64,000 nucleotides of DNA, taken from the NCBI GenBank assembly GCA_905331295.1, contig CAJNYD010000012.1, positions 248,001 through 312,000 on the forward strand, written 5' to 3'. Source of the stretch: Rotaria socialis. Lineage: Eukaryota. A model generated the notes under the pieces. That model saw nothing but the letters and a program-made list of their open reading frames with translations, was not told the DNA's origin and ran no database searches. The position numbers and the translations under genes were made by a program. Positions 40,419 to 54,367 of this stretch are shown one piece after another. Position 1 is the stretch's first letter, and each line of letters starts with the position of its first letter.

Positions 40419-41442
40419 GAGTCTCTATCAGAATAATGAAACATTTAATCCTTAATTTTCAATTGAGTGATTTTTTTTCTATTATACTGCTTGAATATAT
40501 GACTTATAGTTCTTCTGTGTGCATCCTCATACCTTTCTTTATTTTTTTTTCTACATATCGAATAAATCATAAATGTTAAACGGCTTGTGTTGCTGTGAAA
40601 AAGGGTGTGTGGGTACCACAAAGTAAATACTCATAATCACTTTAGATCCGTTCCCAAAATATATATATTTTTTATATGCTCTAACTCTCCCTGAGTGCTT
40701 GGAAAGGACAAAAGTTATTTTTTAAAACTTTCTGGTTGTCTAGTCTTTTGATTCAGTATGGAATGGGTGAAATCTAGATGTTACTTAGTTTCACAAGCAG
40801 TTCGCGCCGTGTCTCTTGAATAGCAAGTCTACACTTATTTATTTTCCAAGCACACTGCTAACATAGGCCTCCACAATTAAATACAATATTTCAATAGCAA
40901 AGACAACGTCAAAATCAATCAACATATTATTTGATGGTGAGTATTCCGACAGCTGATTTGTTCAGTACTCATTTCGAACAGAACTTACCGTATCTTCTAA
41001 TCACATTCAATAATAAAGATCCTGATGTACTTACTATTGCAAGTTCATTCTATGATGAGTTGACAGTACTGAATGTCGAAGTCGATGTGATCTTTAACAT
41101 ATGATAATGATAATCTGTCTTTTTTTCTAGATATTTTAGTTTTTGTTTTCTATTTTTAATTAAAACACAACGTCTCTAATTCCGAATCTATATTTCTAAC
41201 ATTTTTCACAAATGATTCGTAGAGAGAGAGAGAGAGTAAATACTTGAACGAAATGACTTCATAAGTTCAGAAAATACGTTGCAATAATATGTGTTTTGTC
41301 CCACGAGATGAAATGGTGAGTATATCTCAATCGAAATACAAGTTCATCCATGAAAACAAACTTGAGGAGCTAAACAGTAGGAGAGTGATACCGTGTATTA
41401 AGCAGAAAGCCAAAACATAATGAATTTTCCAACAATTAATTT

Positions 41443-41542
41443 CTGAAAAACTCTCGCTATTGTAGTGATCTTATGAGAAAGCAATGGTAAAAAAACTGAA
41501 AAACTCTCGCTATTGTAGTGATCTTATGAGAAAGCAATGGTA
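41443..41542. repeat. Perfect 47-bp direct duplication separated by A6
   Basis: CTGAAAAACTCTCGC...GCAATGGTA at 41443-41489 and 41496-41542. Confidence 0.9.
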
Positions 41543-41904
41543 TCATAGTAAATTTCTAATTATAGTTATTTTATTTCAATACAAATGATCGATTCTCGTA
41601 GGAAGACGAGATAATTTGTAAATTTTTTAAATTTAAATTTAAATTAATAAACTATAAGATCAAATCAAGCCAAATTAAATTGATTTAAATTTAAAATAAA
41701 TTTAAATAAAATAAAAGAAGAGAATTAAATCATGTCTAATTTAACAGTGACTGTACATTTTATTTTTGGGATTTCGATCATTTAACCAGTAAATGTCGTC
41801 GAAGCTTGATTTTCAGGCGGTGCTTCTGCCACATGCTCATTCGATCCATTAGAATGACAAGACATTCTTCCTTTTTCTGTGATTGTCGTAAACAATCGCA
41901 CAAT

Positions 41905-42556
41905 ATGGATCAAAATTTCGACTCTATTCGTAAAAAAAAATTAGAAAGTATGTACAAATATTTACTTGGCATAGTGTTAGAGCAAGTATCAGCGAAAACA
42001 CAATATTGTGCATTAGCTGATTTTAGTGAAATTAAATATAAATCGATCTTGGACGATGTACTGAATCGAAATACCGTACAAAGTATAATGCATGAAAGTA
42101 TAGCATCAGAAATACGTGTATTGATACCGAAATTAGAATAACAATATGTTGAATTAGTAAAAGAAATATAAACCTATGAGCAAAACCCTCCTGAACCAAA
42201 TGAAGACCCGATACCGAATCATTCACTATCTCCGTATTTGAAAAAGCCTTTATCAACGCTGGAGAATAAACAGAGTGAATTGTTAACTTGTCAACTGAGT
42301 CTAGCCAAATCAGATGAATATAACTCAGTAATTGATGCAGTACGGAAAGCTATCATGGCCGATTTGCATGATCTATTTATGGATGAAATTCAAATATTCC
42401 TTGATAGACAAGAAGAAATGTGGATATTACTTAACAGTATATAATTAAATCAAGAGAAAAATACAGACGACCATAAAATATCGGCCATTACTAAAAGATC
42501 GAAGGAAGTATACAAGACAGAAGAGTCGAACGTTTTGGCAGAAAAGAAATCACAGG
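41905..42556 (+). pseudogene. Decayed coding sequence of unknown origin
   Basis: ORFs 41806-42141 and 42238-42444 share a frame, separated by isolated stops; helical, protein-like composition. Confidence 0.35.
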
Positions 42557-43862
42557 TGTACACTAAAATATAGAGTATTATTTAAATTCAAGTCAATTTG
42601 CCTTTCTTTTTTTCTGTTATTATAAAGAATAAAGAAACATTTGATGATCAGTAATATAATTGTTTGGTACAAATAGACGGAATAATTATAATTTTAGCAA
42701 TTTAGTTGATTACTCAACGAAACAATTCTTGAATGTAGTTTTCTAGTTGAATATATCTCTTCGGACGAAAATAAATAGAATTCCTTGTATTTTTTAGACT
42801 TAGCCTATACGTAACTTATATAATATATTTCTACAGTACAGTTACAACCAGAGACTTGGAATCTTCATCGGACAAAAAGAGAAAATCTGTTTCGAATCAT
42901 TTCAAACTCGATTATCTAACTCATGCCCTTCGAACATTCGATATCCATAAACCAAGTTCTTTTCATAATCATTTCTTGTAATAAAAACAATTGTATGAAA
43001 AATCATTGAGCAAGAAATAGATTTATTGAGAGATAAAGATGCAGTGATTTTAGAAAAAAATTGACAACATATGAAAAACTTCCTTTTAATCTCGAGGGTT
43101 TGGAGCGCTCATATAATTTGCAATCTCCGTTAGCTAATACAGACGTGCTTCAGTTTGTCTATTTACTTGGAAAAAAAACGTCAGGCAGACATAGTGTGAA
43201 ATAACATCACAACGGTGTATCGGTTTTGATCGTTTCTCATAAACATGGGTTTTTTACCACCTCCTCCGAGAGAATTTAATTGATTTCTCATGACAATAAT
43301 TAGGCATATCCATCATCAAAATAGTAATGAACCATACAGAGGCACATATAAAAACAAGCGCTCTTCCTTAGTTATTGACTGATAAGAAAAATTACTCCTT
43401 TCCATAGAAAGCAAATAACACTTAGTTAAAACATTCAACTAAAATGGGTTCACTTCGGCCAATGGAGAAAGATGACCACGTGCCAAATCTTATCGAAGAT
43501 AAATCTTACTCGACAGGTAGAGTTGAAAAATCTTGCTCTTACATATTATAGAAAATCAGAAGCTACTAATTTGTTCATCAGAAACAAAAGAATAACTTCC
43601 CTGAGCTCTTGGAATAAAGATTGTTATGGCTATGGAAGTGCCATCATTATGATCAGAACAGCAGCTACCAGGAATTATTTATTTGGGATTTATTAGGATC
43701 TTTTAATAAATCCCGGTATTTATTTCTGTTTCGAGATTTATTGGGATTTATTGAGATTTATTGAGATCTATTACGATTTTATTTTATTTTATTTAAATTG
43801 ATCGGGATCTTTTAATGAATTCCGGTATTTAGATTGGTCTTGGGATTTATCGGGATTTATTG

Positions 43863-44322
43863 NNNNNNNNNNNNNNNNNNNNNNNNNNNNNNNNNNNNNN
43901 NNNNNNNNNNNNNNNNNNNNNNNNNNNNNNNNNNNNNNNNNNNNNNNNNNNNNNNNNNNNNNNNNNNNNNNNNNNNNNNNNNNNNNNNNNNNNNNNNNNN
44001 NNNNNNNNNNNNNNNNNNNNNNNNNNNNNNNNNNNNNNNNNNNNNNNNNNNNNNNNNNNNNNNNNNNNNNNNNNNNNNNNNNNNNNNNNNNNNNNNNNNN
44101 NNNNNNNNNNNNNNNNNNNNNNNNNNNNNNNNNNNNNNNNNNNNNNNNNNNNNNNNNNNNNNNNNNNNNNNNNNNNNNNNNNNNNNNNNNNNNNNNNNNN
44201 NNNNNNNNNNNNNNNNNNNNNNNNNNNNNNNNNNNNNNNNNNNNNNNNNNNNNNNNNNNNNNNNNNNNNNNNNNNNNNNNNNNNNNNNNNNNNNNNNNNN
44301 NNNNNNNNNNNNNNNNNNNNNN
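43863..44322. other. Assembly gap (N run)
   Basis: Ns. Confidence 1.
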
Positions 44323-44507
44323 TTTTCCCCCTTGCTTTTGGGTCTCTACACTATATATTACAACTACTCACAAATTCAATGGAGTAATCCATCTTTTGAA
44401 GTTATCCAATAATAGCAAGCTCGCTCCGTAAATTGATTTCTGCATTCTAATCAATAACATCTAGGACGTCCAGCTATTGCAAAAAATATCAATCTAGTGA
44501 AGATGAT

Positions 44508-44850
44508 TGTGACGCTGTGCTCAGATTGTTCATACATCACTTTTTATCTTCGCTGACTTTTCATTTTCAGCATATCTCTTGTCATTCATGCGTTCATAAC
44601 AAATATTAGCTTGTCGCTTATTCTGTCGACACGAATACATATATCATCTTCCATAATTATCTTTCCTTTTATCCTCATCTTTCTATTGTTATGTCTATAT
44701 TTTCTCTTGCTGTATCTTTTCCTTCTCTCTCTCTTGGTTGCGTATATAAGCACGTGCTGTAAATGTAAACGATTCGATCTGTGATATAAAGAAGTTGAAT
44801 CAAGCGTGCTTGCATGAACGTAAGCACCTCTTGTCTCTAAAACCGTCACA
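44508..44850 (-). mobile_element. Solo LTR (343 bp)
   Basis: Terminal inverted repeat TGTGACG...CGTCACA; flanks ATGAT/CTGAT (4/5); right end similar to the LTR at 59141-59341. Confidence 0.72.
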
Positions 44851-47800
44851 CTGATATTAAAATTCTCATGTATCTATCTATGTTTTTTAACAATATGATT
44901 TATTTTATTTTTCATTATATATCTGAAAGTCTTAACTAATAACTAATCAGAAATGGATATCAGACTTTACTTTTAAAATCCTATTAAATTCCAAATTGAA
45001 ATGAATATTAGGATTTATTAAAAAATCCCCATGAATTTGAATTAATTCGAATAAAATCTCAATAAATCTCAATAAATCCCAATAAATCCCGATAAATCCC
45101 AAGACCAATCTAAATACCGGAATTCATTAAAAGATCCCGATCAATTTAAATAAAATAAAATAAAATCGTAATAGATCTCAATAAATCTCAATAAATCTCG
45201 AAACAGAAATAAATACCGGGATTTATTAAAAGATCCTAATAAATCCCAAATAAATAATTCCCGGTAGCTGCTGAGTATTTTTGTTGTAAGGAAGTTTAAG
45301 ATAAAAAAATAAGATACTACCTTTTGAGGGTATACGGAACAAATAGACTAAAAAGCATTACCATTGTAATGTATTGAATGGCTTCTTTCAGCACGTATTC
45401 AGCACGAGAAAAACTTTGCTCAGAGAAGTAAATGAGCAAAAAAAACACATAAAATTTTATGAGATGATATAACTTTCCTCTGTAGAGTTCACATTTCGTA
45501 TAGTAAAAAAAGATTGAAAAAGCCGGCGTATTGATGAAGGATGGCACATGAATAAAGAGGCGCTATATCCTACTACAGAAAAAAGTAGAACTGAAAGAAG
45601 AATCGGCCATATTTTTCTTTTAGTTTTTCTTCACAAGAAATATGTCTCCACACTTGAATATTCAACGCTTTTTTCGTTATCTTGCCAGAAACTGGAACAA
45701 GAAAAAAACTTTGTCGCAAACTATAGTGTCATACTCACTAAAATAAACAGGAATAAGCTATAAAATAATAAAGCTATGCAAGTTAACTGTTTATGAAACG
45801 ACAAGAAAAGTTACCGGTAAAAAACAAATATTTTCTATGTCAATATGTAGGGTCAGATTCCGTGAGGGATGTAACAGGAAAAATCGGAAGGTAAAGCAGT
45901 AATTCAACTGGAATTTTTTGATTTTTTTTCTCAATTATTTACGGCCAAATTTCTGCTCTTTCTCGCTAAAACTCGTCGTAGATCATCGCAGCAAACACCG
46001 GAAATCTTTCGATTGAAATACCGCTTTTAACTTCCACCGTTTATTTTCGGTGCTTATCTCTCTGATTCAGTGATGATTCCCACTACTAATTAGTTCATCT
46101 ATCATTTTCTACTCTCACTTACTTATTGAATACATTGTGCATATTTGATTATCTAAGGTTTTGCTCCGAGAATTGTCTTCGTAATTCTTGATCTTCCTTG
46201 TTGCACACCTATACTTCGTTCATTAGCTAATCTTTCACTCTTCTGATACCAAGGCATCTGTCTTCTTCCATCATTGCCATTCTTTTTATTCATATATTCC
46301 TGCTTCATTTCTTCTTTAATTCTGTCTCTGATGTTGTATCTATTGAATTTTTCTTTTTTCTTATAAACGAAATCGTTGCATGAAATGAAGGATTATAATA
46401 AAATGTTAGACCATTCACATAAACATCCTATTTATCACAAATCATTATAATATTCTCTCGTTTGAAAATGACAAAAGATAATTAAAAATGAATCAATATG
46501 AAGAATTTGACAGTGCTCAAGAACTTTAAAAAAAAACTTTAATTATTATAAATACAAAATGAAAAAAAAGTAGATCAACAAGATGTCAATCACTTCTGCA
46601 TTTATTGTTGTTAAAGTGTCAAAAGGAAAACATTGATACTAGCTATACTATTGATTTTATAGCACACCTAACAATTTAGTTTTCAATATAAGTCGAACCG
46701 AAGCAGGGAATCGACCAGTGGATGACTCAAATGTTAACATTACTCCACATTTAACAAAATCAATATGATTGCTCCACTACTGATCGGTTATAGATATTAT
46801 TTCATCAGTAAAGCAGTTGATGAATCAAACCATGTTTAGACCAAGAAAAAAAATCACTCGTTAAAGCTTGATCATCAAAAATAAATAATCGCAGTGTGAT
46901 ACTATGTCGTTGACTCTCTACTTCATTGTTCAATCAACATCTAATACTGATGAATCTTCTCTGATAAAAACTGCTAGATGTGTCTCATTTTTCTTGGTAT
47001 TTTTATTCCATAGATGCATGATTCGTTTGATTGTGTTTATTTTCGAATGAATCAGCAAAAATAATAGATGATTGTAATCACAGTACTAATTAAATATTCG
47101 ATCACGAGCAGTTCAATACTTTATTATTATTTTACCTTTCAAACTTTCATAACATACTTTACTTAATAGCTACTACTACCCCATTAGAAAAAGCCTTTTG
47201 ATGAAAACGTAGTATTTGTAATCGATAATAGTAGTTATTTCAAAGAGATTCGCTGTTTCACAATATTATCGTACGTTTCATCAAGCAATCAATATTATTT
47301 TATGGTTATATTATCAATATATATTGGTTAATTTTGCGATCTAAGCGAATAATTTAAGTCTCTCTAGGTGTACAGTGAACGAAAATTCTGCGCCATACAA
47401 TTCTTATTCAGTCGCAGATTTTCAAAGTGGAGGCGATGGAACGATCACATCTCCCTTAGAACATTTTTAGTTAGACGCTGTTCTTATTTGAATAAATAAA
47501 TCGGAGTATTTGTCATTTATTATTATTTTAAATCTTCGAAGTTTGATCTTGGCGTCGAATTACTACGATTAATCTTGTGCGTATTTTTCAGAGAAAAATG
47601 AGCAGCTACAATGAAATTAGAACACGGTGTCAACTTTATTTCAGTCGTATTCAATAAAATTATGAATTGTTGATGACATAAAACGAAAACAAAATCTATG
47701 GTCAAGTAAATATTTGATATTTTGCAGAGTAAAACAATACTTAGTCTGCTATGCCAAATTTTGAAGATAGCTGTTCAAAATTTCAAGAGATATCATATAC

Positions 47801-49069
47801 TGAATTCCGTGCCATATAATTTACGGTCGTGCAAAATCATAATTGACCATTTTCTCATAGACTTGAGTATATTTTATTTTTTTTTGGTCCTAAACGATCA
47901 ATAATCACATTGAAGAATTAACAGTTGAGAAACTTAATAGATTACGGCACAGTGAAAGACATTTATAATAAAGTGTAGAAAACAAGAGCGAAACAAAGCT
48001 TCCAGGTGAGAAAAATATGATGATAGTGACTTGGTGTTTTTCATGTAGTCGTCATACACATTGAACATGACTAGATCTCAATTTAGAAAAGTCCTACTAC
48101 TGGATTAGTTCACGTATGTGTTATGTTATATGTGCATTATAACGATGTGATTGATGTTTATTATATAACAAAACTAAGTCAAGTCACTTACTTGAAAAAC
48201 GACTCATCTGAAACGTATAACACATAAATCGAGATGAATAATAATCTGATACTTCTCAATAGATCAGTAAATAATATCGTACATGTCGTCAGCAAATGGT
48301 CTCTTTTTTTTCTATTGTCATTCTTTTTCATTTATCGACTTTATGTTAATCATTTAAGGTGAGTCAAAAGTATTCGTATTTTGTGGCAGCTCACCTTCTC
48401 TGTTTCTCTTCTGTTTTATTTTCTTCTCTTTCTATTCTTTTCGTTTTTTTCTAATTACAACTTGGGAACTTGATTCATGACATAATAAATGAAGCTGAAA
48501 AAAAAGGCATAAGCAAAAGATGCACGTAATAAAAATTTATTGTATTATAAGGCTTTTTTAATCAAGGATAAGAAATGACGCAACCACTTGAAACTTTTGT
48601 CAAATAAATCTAAAATCAAGAGAGTAGAGACATGCGATAAGCTTCGATGCAAATAGCTGCATTCTTCTATGTTGATAGAGGCCAAAGATGGAAGCTTACA
48701 ATGGGTAACATGATTACGAGTAATAATGAGGCAACCTGACTTGATGCTTTGTTTACCGGCAAAAAAAGGAGAAGAGAAAAGCGCGGAAAGAACGAAGAGA
48801 AAAATAAATATCTATATTTTTCTTTGCTTTTGTTTTTTGAATAAACGAACGAAGAAAGAAAGATGGGAAGAAAAAAGAAAACGGATCGTTAGTGCGTTCG
48901 ATCATTTCTTTCACATGACTGATATTCGCAAAGTTGTTTACAATAAATTCAAACTTGTTCTCTATATTTTTTAGTTGACTATTATGGTTCACCAGTGTAT
49001 TTATGAGTCTTTGATGTTTGTTTTGGTTTCACTGGTTTTCATCGTTTCCTTTTGCATGTGCCTTTAGTG

Positions 49070-49370
49070 CCCAGGCCCAAACGGTACGGCGGGAAACTGT
49101 TGGTGCCGGTGAAATTCCGACAAAAGCATGGATGCAGTATTCCGGGACCGGTTACGGCTACCGTTTTCAACTTCTTCCCGGCTGATTCTTGCAACCGGAT
49201 GAAATCCCAGGATCGCGCTGCCGTTTCCGGCAAGGTTCCTGAGAAGGCTTCCGACGCCTTTTCACGGGAGCACGATCACAACTATATTCCTTCCGTTTCC
49301 GATTCGGCTGCAACGTCCAGATCTGACCGTTTTTATTTTCTTTCAGGCGGTTTAATCTCACAACCGGAAA
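49070..49370. repeat. GC-rich CCGG-laden segment, probably one arm of a non-autonomous DNA transposon
   Basis: Abrupt GC shift starting CCCAGG; no partner TIR found. Confidence 0.35.
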
Positions 49371-51219
49371 CGATAGGATCTATTCGAAACGTATTCCTAA
49401 TAACTACATGACTTTAATACCTTACAATCGACAAATTGGATTGCTCTCTCAAAAGAATCTCTAGAATACAATATTCAATGTTCAAATGAATGGAATATTA
49501 AGAAAAAGTTAATGCTCAAAGATTAACTGAGTATTTTCAAGAATATTGACAACACTCGTATCGTTTTTTCAACTGTAGTGAAATTGAGAATTTTTATCAA
49601 TAAACAGATGTATTTTTTGTAAAAATATAATAATCCGTAGCATATGAAAGATAACTATCATAATTACTTTGACGGACAAGAAAACTCCTGAAAAATAATC
49701 TTCAAGTGCATATTTAACGAATTCAGGACGACAACTGACTGTGTCAAAGATACTTCAATACATTAAAACTCCTAGGTTTTTCCTATTATTCACCAATTTT
49801 AAGTACTTATTTACAATTTTTAGTGTTTTAAACCGCTTCCAACAAAAAAAGCTATCTATGAACAGATGAATGAATGAATGTTTTCTCCGACGCTTTTCGA
49901 TACCTTCAACAACGACTCGATATTTCTCGTTTCGAAAAATCAATTTAACAAGCTCAAGTTGATCTGTCTCTTCAGATTAGTTGATATTCAGCAACTTTAA
50001 TTAATTATTGTTTATATTCGTTTTTTTTAAGTTCCAACCGTATTCAGAGTTACTTACGATATACCATAGTTATTTTTTATATTTTCTCTTGTCAATTTTT
50101 CATTCTTAGTCTTATACAACGAATTTTCAACGATTTTTCGTTTCTTTATTTATGATATTTTCCATATTATCAACAAGCGTTGGATTCATTGAGTATGTCA
50201 TGATGTTTGTTATATCACTAATACTATTAGTATAATAAACATGTTGTTTCCTAGTGAAGATCGATTTTCATTAAAGACATTGAAATTATTGTATTTTCTT
50301 TTCAACAGGAATGAGCATCGAAGTCATACAAATGCTACAATGGTAAGATAATCATGCACGACTGAATATATTATCGCTGAAACTTGTTAGAAAAAATAAT
50401 AAAATCTATCAAGAATATCATATGAGAGCAGCTACGATTTATGCTCACTACGCCAATAGACAAAGCACACTGACTAAATAGAATCAATTTGAAGTACAGG
50501 TGCCTGTTTGTCATCTATCATTCATCATAATGGTTAAGTAATAGTTAGATTTCTTTCGTTCTAGGTCTGTTGATTTTACTGTTATTAAATAAATAAATAG
50601 GCTCTAGTTTATATATCAAAGATGAAAATGTTTTAGTTCCTTCGTTCTTCTCTTTCATCACAAAATCCAATTGACATAGTTTTCATTCGTGAATATTTTC
50701 AATTAGTTCTGAGAGAGTTTGAAATACGTTTAAAATTACAACTATACCCACCTTATAAAAATGCAGATATAAATTTCATGATACAGAGATAAAAGTAAAA
50801 CAAAATCGAGACTTTTAGTCATTTTTTTTCGGTGACTAATGTTAGTAGATAGTGCGTTTCAATATATCATGAGTTTTCATCTCTCTAGAATGATTTACTA
50901 CTGTTATTGGATAAAAAAAAGGCGCGAAAAAGAAGAGAGGGTTAATCACGTTGTTCTGCGAAAGTCAGTTGAATTTTTATCTGCTCGCTTGATCGTGTTT
51001 CTGTTTTTCTGTTAACAATAAAACGATTCTTTAGCTAAAGCTAACACTACATCGAGTACTATTTCTCTGAATAACTTTACTAACATTATATCATCATTTT
51101 TAGACAATTCGTTCACGTTGCAAAATATTATTTAAATGTCTTGATTGTTGAAGTATATGTTGGTAATATGAATACAATATCTTTTTAATTATTGCAGGTA
51201 TATTATCATATCTATCTTT

Positions 51220-51649
51220 TAGAGTCCTGCGGGAACGACTTTTCCCCGAAATTCCCGTCTCGTTTTCCGCGGGGAACGGGAACAACTTTAAAAATTGGTA
51301 TTCCCGTAATGTTATATGGACTAGATTCATCGAAAAAACTATGTATATTGAAAATGAGAAGCGTCAGTTTTATGGTTAATCCAAGGAGCCTCCAACCCAA
51401 AATTTCTTCTAAATTTAACGAAAAACACATTGTGAAACCTGTGATGACATGATAAACTAGCGTGTGACATAAGATTTGTTTGTTTTAGTCTCACAACGTG
51501 AACTGGTAATAGAAAGTATCAAAGCACTACGGAAACGGGAAAAAAATAAATTTTTCGGGAACGGGAATGCGGGAACGGGAAGAGTTAGTTGTTCGCCGAG
51601 AACGGGAACGGGAAACGGGAACAATAAAAGTCGTTCCCGCAGGACTCTA
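51220..51649. mobile_element. hAT-type MITE
   Basis: Perfect 24-bp TIR TAGAGTCCTGCGGGAACGACTTTT; 8-bp flanks CTATCTTT/CTATCTTC; CGGGAA subterminal repeats. Confidence 0.9.
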
Positions 51650-51869
51650 CTATCTTCATACCATTCTTATCAAATGTCTCAGTCGTTTTGATAGAATATT
51701 CATTTAATAATCATCTGTTCTTTGCAGAATAGTTTCCTGATTTTCTTTCATCCATAGGATTAGCCCATCTCTTTTCTTCATATTCTTTTGATTTACAGTA
51801 AAACCTCCCTAAGATGAACGCTAACGGTACTGTGCAAAAAGTGTTCATTAAAGGAGGTGTTCATCTTAT

Positions 51870-52186
51870 CAGCAGTGTGTAAGGACTGAGAAATAGAAAT
51901 TTCTGGTCTGCTGAGGAATTGTCCGTGCCGCTATGATAATTCCTAGAGGAAATGGGTATCAATCATTGGTTCCCTCACAGTTCCACCGTTCAGGAAAGTA
52001 GTGAAATCATTTACTTTTTTTAAATAATTTGAGCACAGCACTATTGATTCTCACAATTTTGCAGGTGAAAATGAATATAAGAAGAAAAATTATTAGGAAT
52101 ATTCCATATGTTTAGCTTTAGTATGCAATGAACTGTGGGGGAACTGAGGAGGAATTCCAAAATCTCAGTCCGTGGACACCCCTCGT
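51870..52186 (+). mobile_element. MITE family copy A
   Basis: Imperfect TIR GTGTxxAxGGACTGAG; homologous over its length to the reverse complement of 63682-63995. Confidence 0.8.
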
Positions 52187-52695
52187 CTTTTTTTTGATTT
52201 TACTTAAACATTTCAGTGTGTTTTTTTGCGGTGTTGTGTGTCTTGCTTTGTTTTCCTAAATGGATAATTCTACTAGAATAAATCTAGCATGCTCAGTGAA
52301 ATGTTTTCGTCAACAGAAATTTAATCCTTTTTAAAAAATAGTTCATTTAAAAAAGCATCACAGGAAAATAAGAACACTTATAGTTTCACATAAATCCATC
52401 ACAAGAGACGTAGTGCAAATTAAAAATGTGTATGTTAAACATGGATTCCTGACAGGCTTTTCAATCCACAGAATACGTCAAAATCAACCGGTTGATAAGG
52501 ATCATGCACATGTTTTTTTCCTTTGCTTATTGTTTCAACGAACAGAGAATTTTTCTTTTTCTCACAATGAATTTGTACGCATACCACATTGATAATATCC
52601 ATTGTTTTGTTTACATTATTCAAATTTAAAATGTGGACATGCCTATAAGACGACGAAACTAGTATTCTCTATTCCTTCATTGAAGACTAGCATTC

Positions 52696-54367
52696 ATGAT
52701 GCCGTCATTGCCAAATTGCTTTTCAAATTTATCATCTACTTTTACTCTCCAATTACTTTCTGGAATTATCTTTCTTTTTTGTACTCTTTATTTGGTTTTC
52801 TCAATTCATCATCCATTTACGTTTAACAAAATAATTGTTGGAATAGATTTCAAACGTTGGCAAACAAATGGCAACACAAATAATGATATTACAAAACTGC
52901 TTACAGGAAATGAAACAAATGTGAAGATTCACTCAAGTAATCTGAGCAGCGACAGTTTCATTTGTGATTATGACAAAAATAATGATACACATCAACAAAC
53001 AAATATTGAATTCAAAAATCATCGTTTAAATGCACTTCGCCGTAAGTGTGTAGGATTTGACTTCTACTATGGTACTGACTATACGAATACTGAAATTTAC
53101 TAAGAGTATAAAAACATTGAGAGTTCTTTCCAGTGAAATACCGACGAATGATTCCGTCAGAAATTAGGATTGCCATTTTTCTTCACATTTCGAGATAATT
53201 TTCTACTTTCTTTCTTTTCCTCACATATTCTAGACAAAATTTCCGATTTTTACACTAAATCAAATGACAGATATGTTGAAAATACTTGTATTTTCACATT
53301 TTATTCAGTAACCTATTCTATGAAAATATCTACTTTGGTATTAATAAAAAGAATAGCCTTCATCTATTGTTATTCTATGAGACTAATATAGATTTACATT
53401 CTTTTAGCTTATTGTGATATTGTTCCAACACCACGCAATACATGGATTTCAGCTAAACAACACGTAGAAAGTGATATTGTATTTATCATTTATACAGGTG
53501 CCTCATTTTATCAGAATCGTGCAATAGCAATTCGAGATTCATGGTTATCACGTGTTACACATAAATATTTTTTTAGTTCGATACCATATTCACCATTACC
53601 TATAACTGTTATTGAAGGCGCTGGAGAAAACTATATGTCTAACATGAAAAAATTATATCAAGGAATGCAAATAGCTTATCAAAAACATAAGGAAACTGCA
53701 AAATTTTATTTTTTAGCAGGCTGTGACACATTTGTTAACGTACCGCATTTACTGAAGCGTCTTGATTATTTTAACCATACGGAAGCTCTTGTTATAGGTG
53801 GTAATCCATTCGAGTATTCATGTTATAGACAGAAGAATCAAGTAGTTCAAACCATTTCATATCCATCAGGTGGTGCTGGTTTTTTTCTTAGTGCAGCTAT
53901 GATGGAAATGATGTATCCTAAACTGGATTCCTTTTTTCAAAATCATTGGCCAACAGAAAAAGTACCTTACAGTGATGGTAAGAAATTATTGTAACTTCTT
54001 GTTATTTTAATACACATGAGAAATTGTTTATACATAAATAGTGGCTTTGAATTGTCTTGCATATTCACTGGGCGTTCGGCCATCGTTCGTACCTGGCTTT
54101 TGGGCATTTACTCCAGAACAAACATTGAAAGACCAAGGACGATTAAAATTACATGCTGATCCTGAACCAAATACGTTTCATTATGTTCCACCAAAATCGA
54201 TGTATATTCTTGATGAATTCTATGTTTTTCAGCATGTTGATCGATTAGCAAATGATAATAATTTAAATGAACTTGTCAAATTTACTCGACAATTCGTTGC
54301 TGCTCATTATGAATTATTACGCATTAAAACAGCTGAATGTACATTACCACCAGTCAAATCAACGTAG
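52696..54367 (+). CDS. GT31/Fringe-C1GALT-like glycosyltransferase, type II membrane (exons 52696-53041, 53408-53977, 54042-54367)
   Basis: N-terminal TM, RAIAIRDSW, FYFLAGCDTFVNV, YPSGGAGFFLS, SD|VALNC. Confidence 0.82.

Larger units (their letters stand above)
43659..45273. repeat. Long (~200 bp) near-perfect inverted repeat spanning the assembly gap; foldback-type element or scaffolding artefact
   Basis: 43659-43862 is the reverse complement of ~45080-45273; internal G(G/A)GATTTATT decamers; no TSD seen. Confidence 0.7.

Noticed and set aside
43680..43862. Decamer array as CRISPR or telomeric repeat
   Set aside because: No unique spacers, eukaryotic context, and it is part of the inverted-repeat arms
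43834..44412. Long ORFs in the ORF track
   Set aside because: Artefacts of the N run
49039..49411. Overlapping ORFs in a GC-rich patch
   Set aside because: Open frames are explained by the GC content of a repeat; no protein motifs
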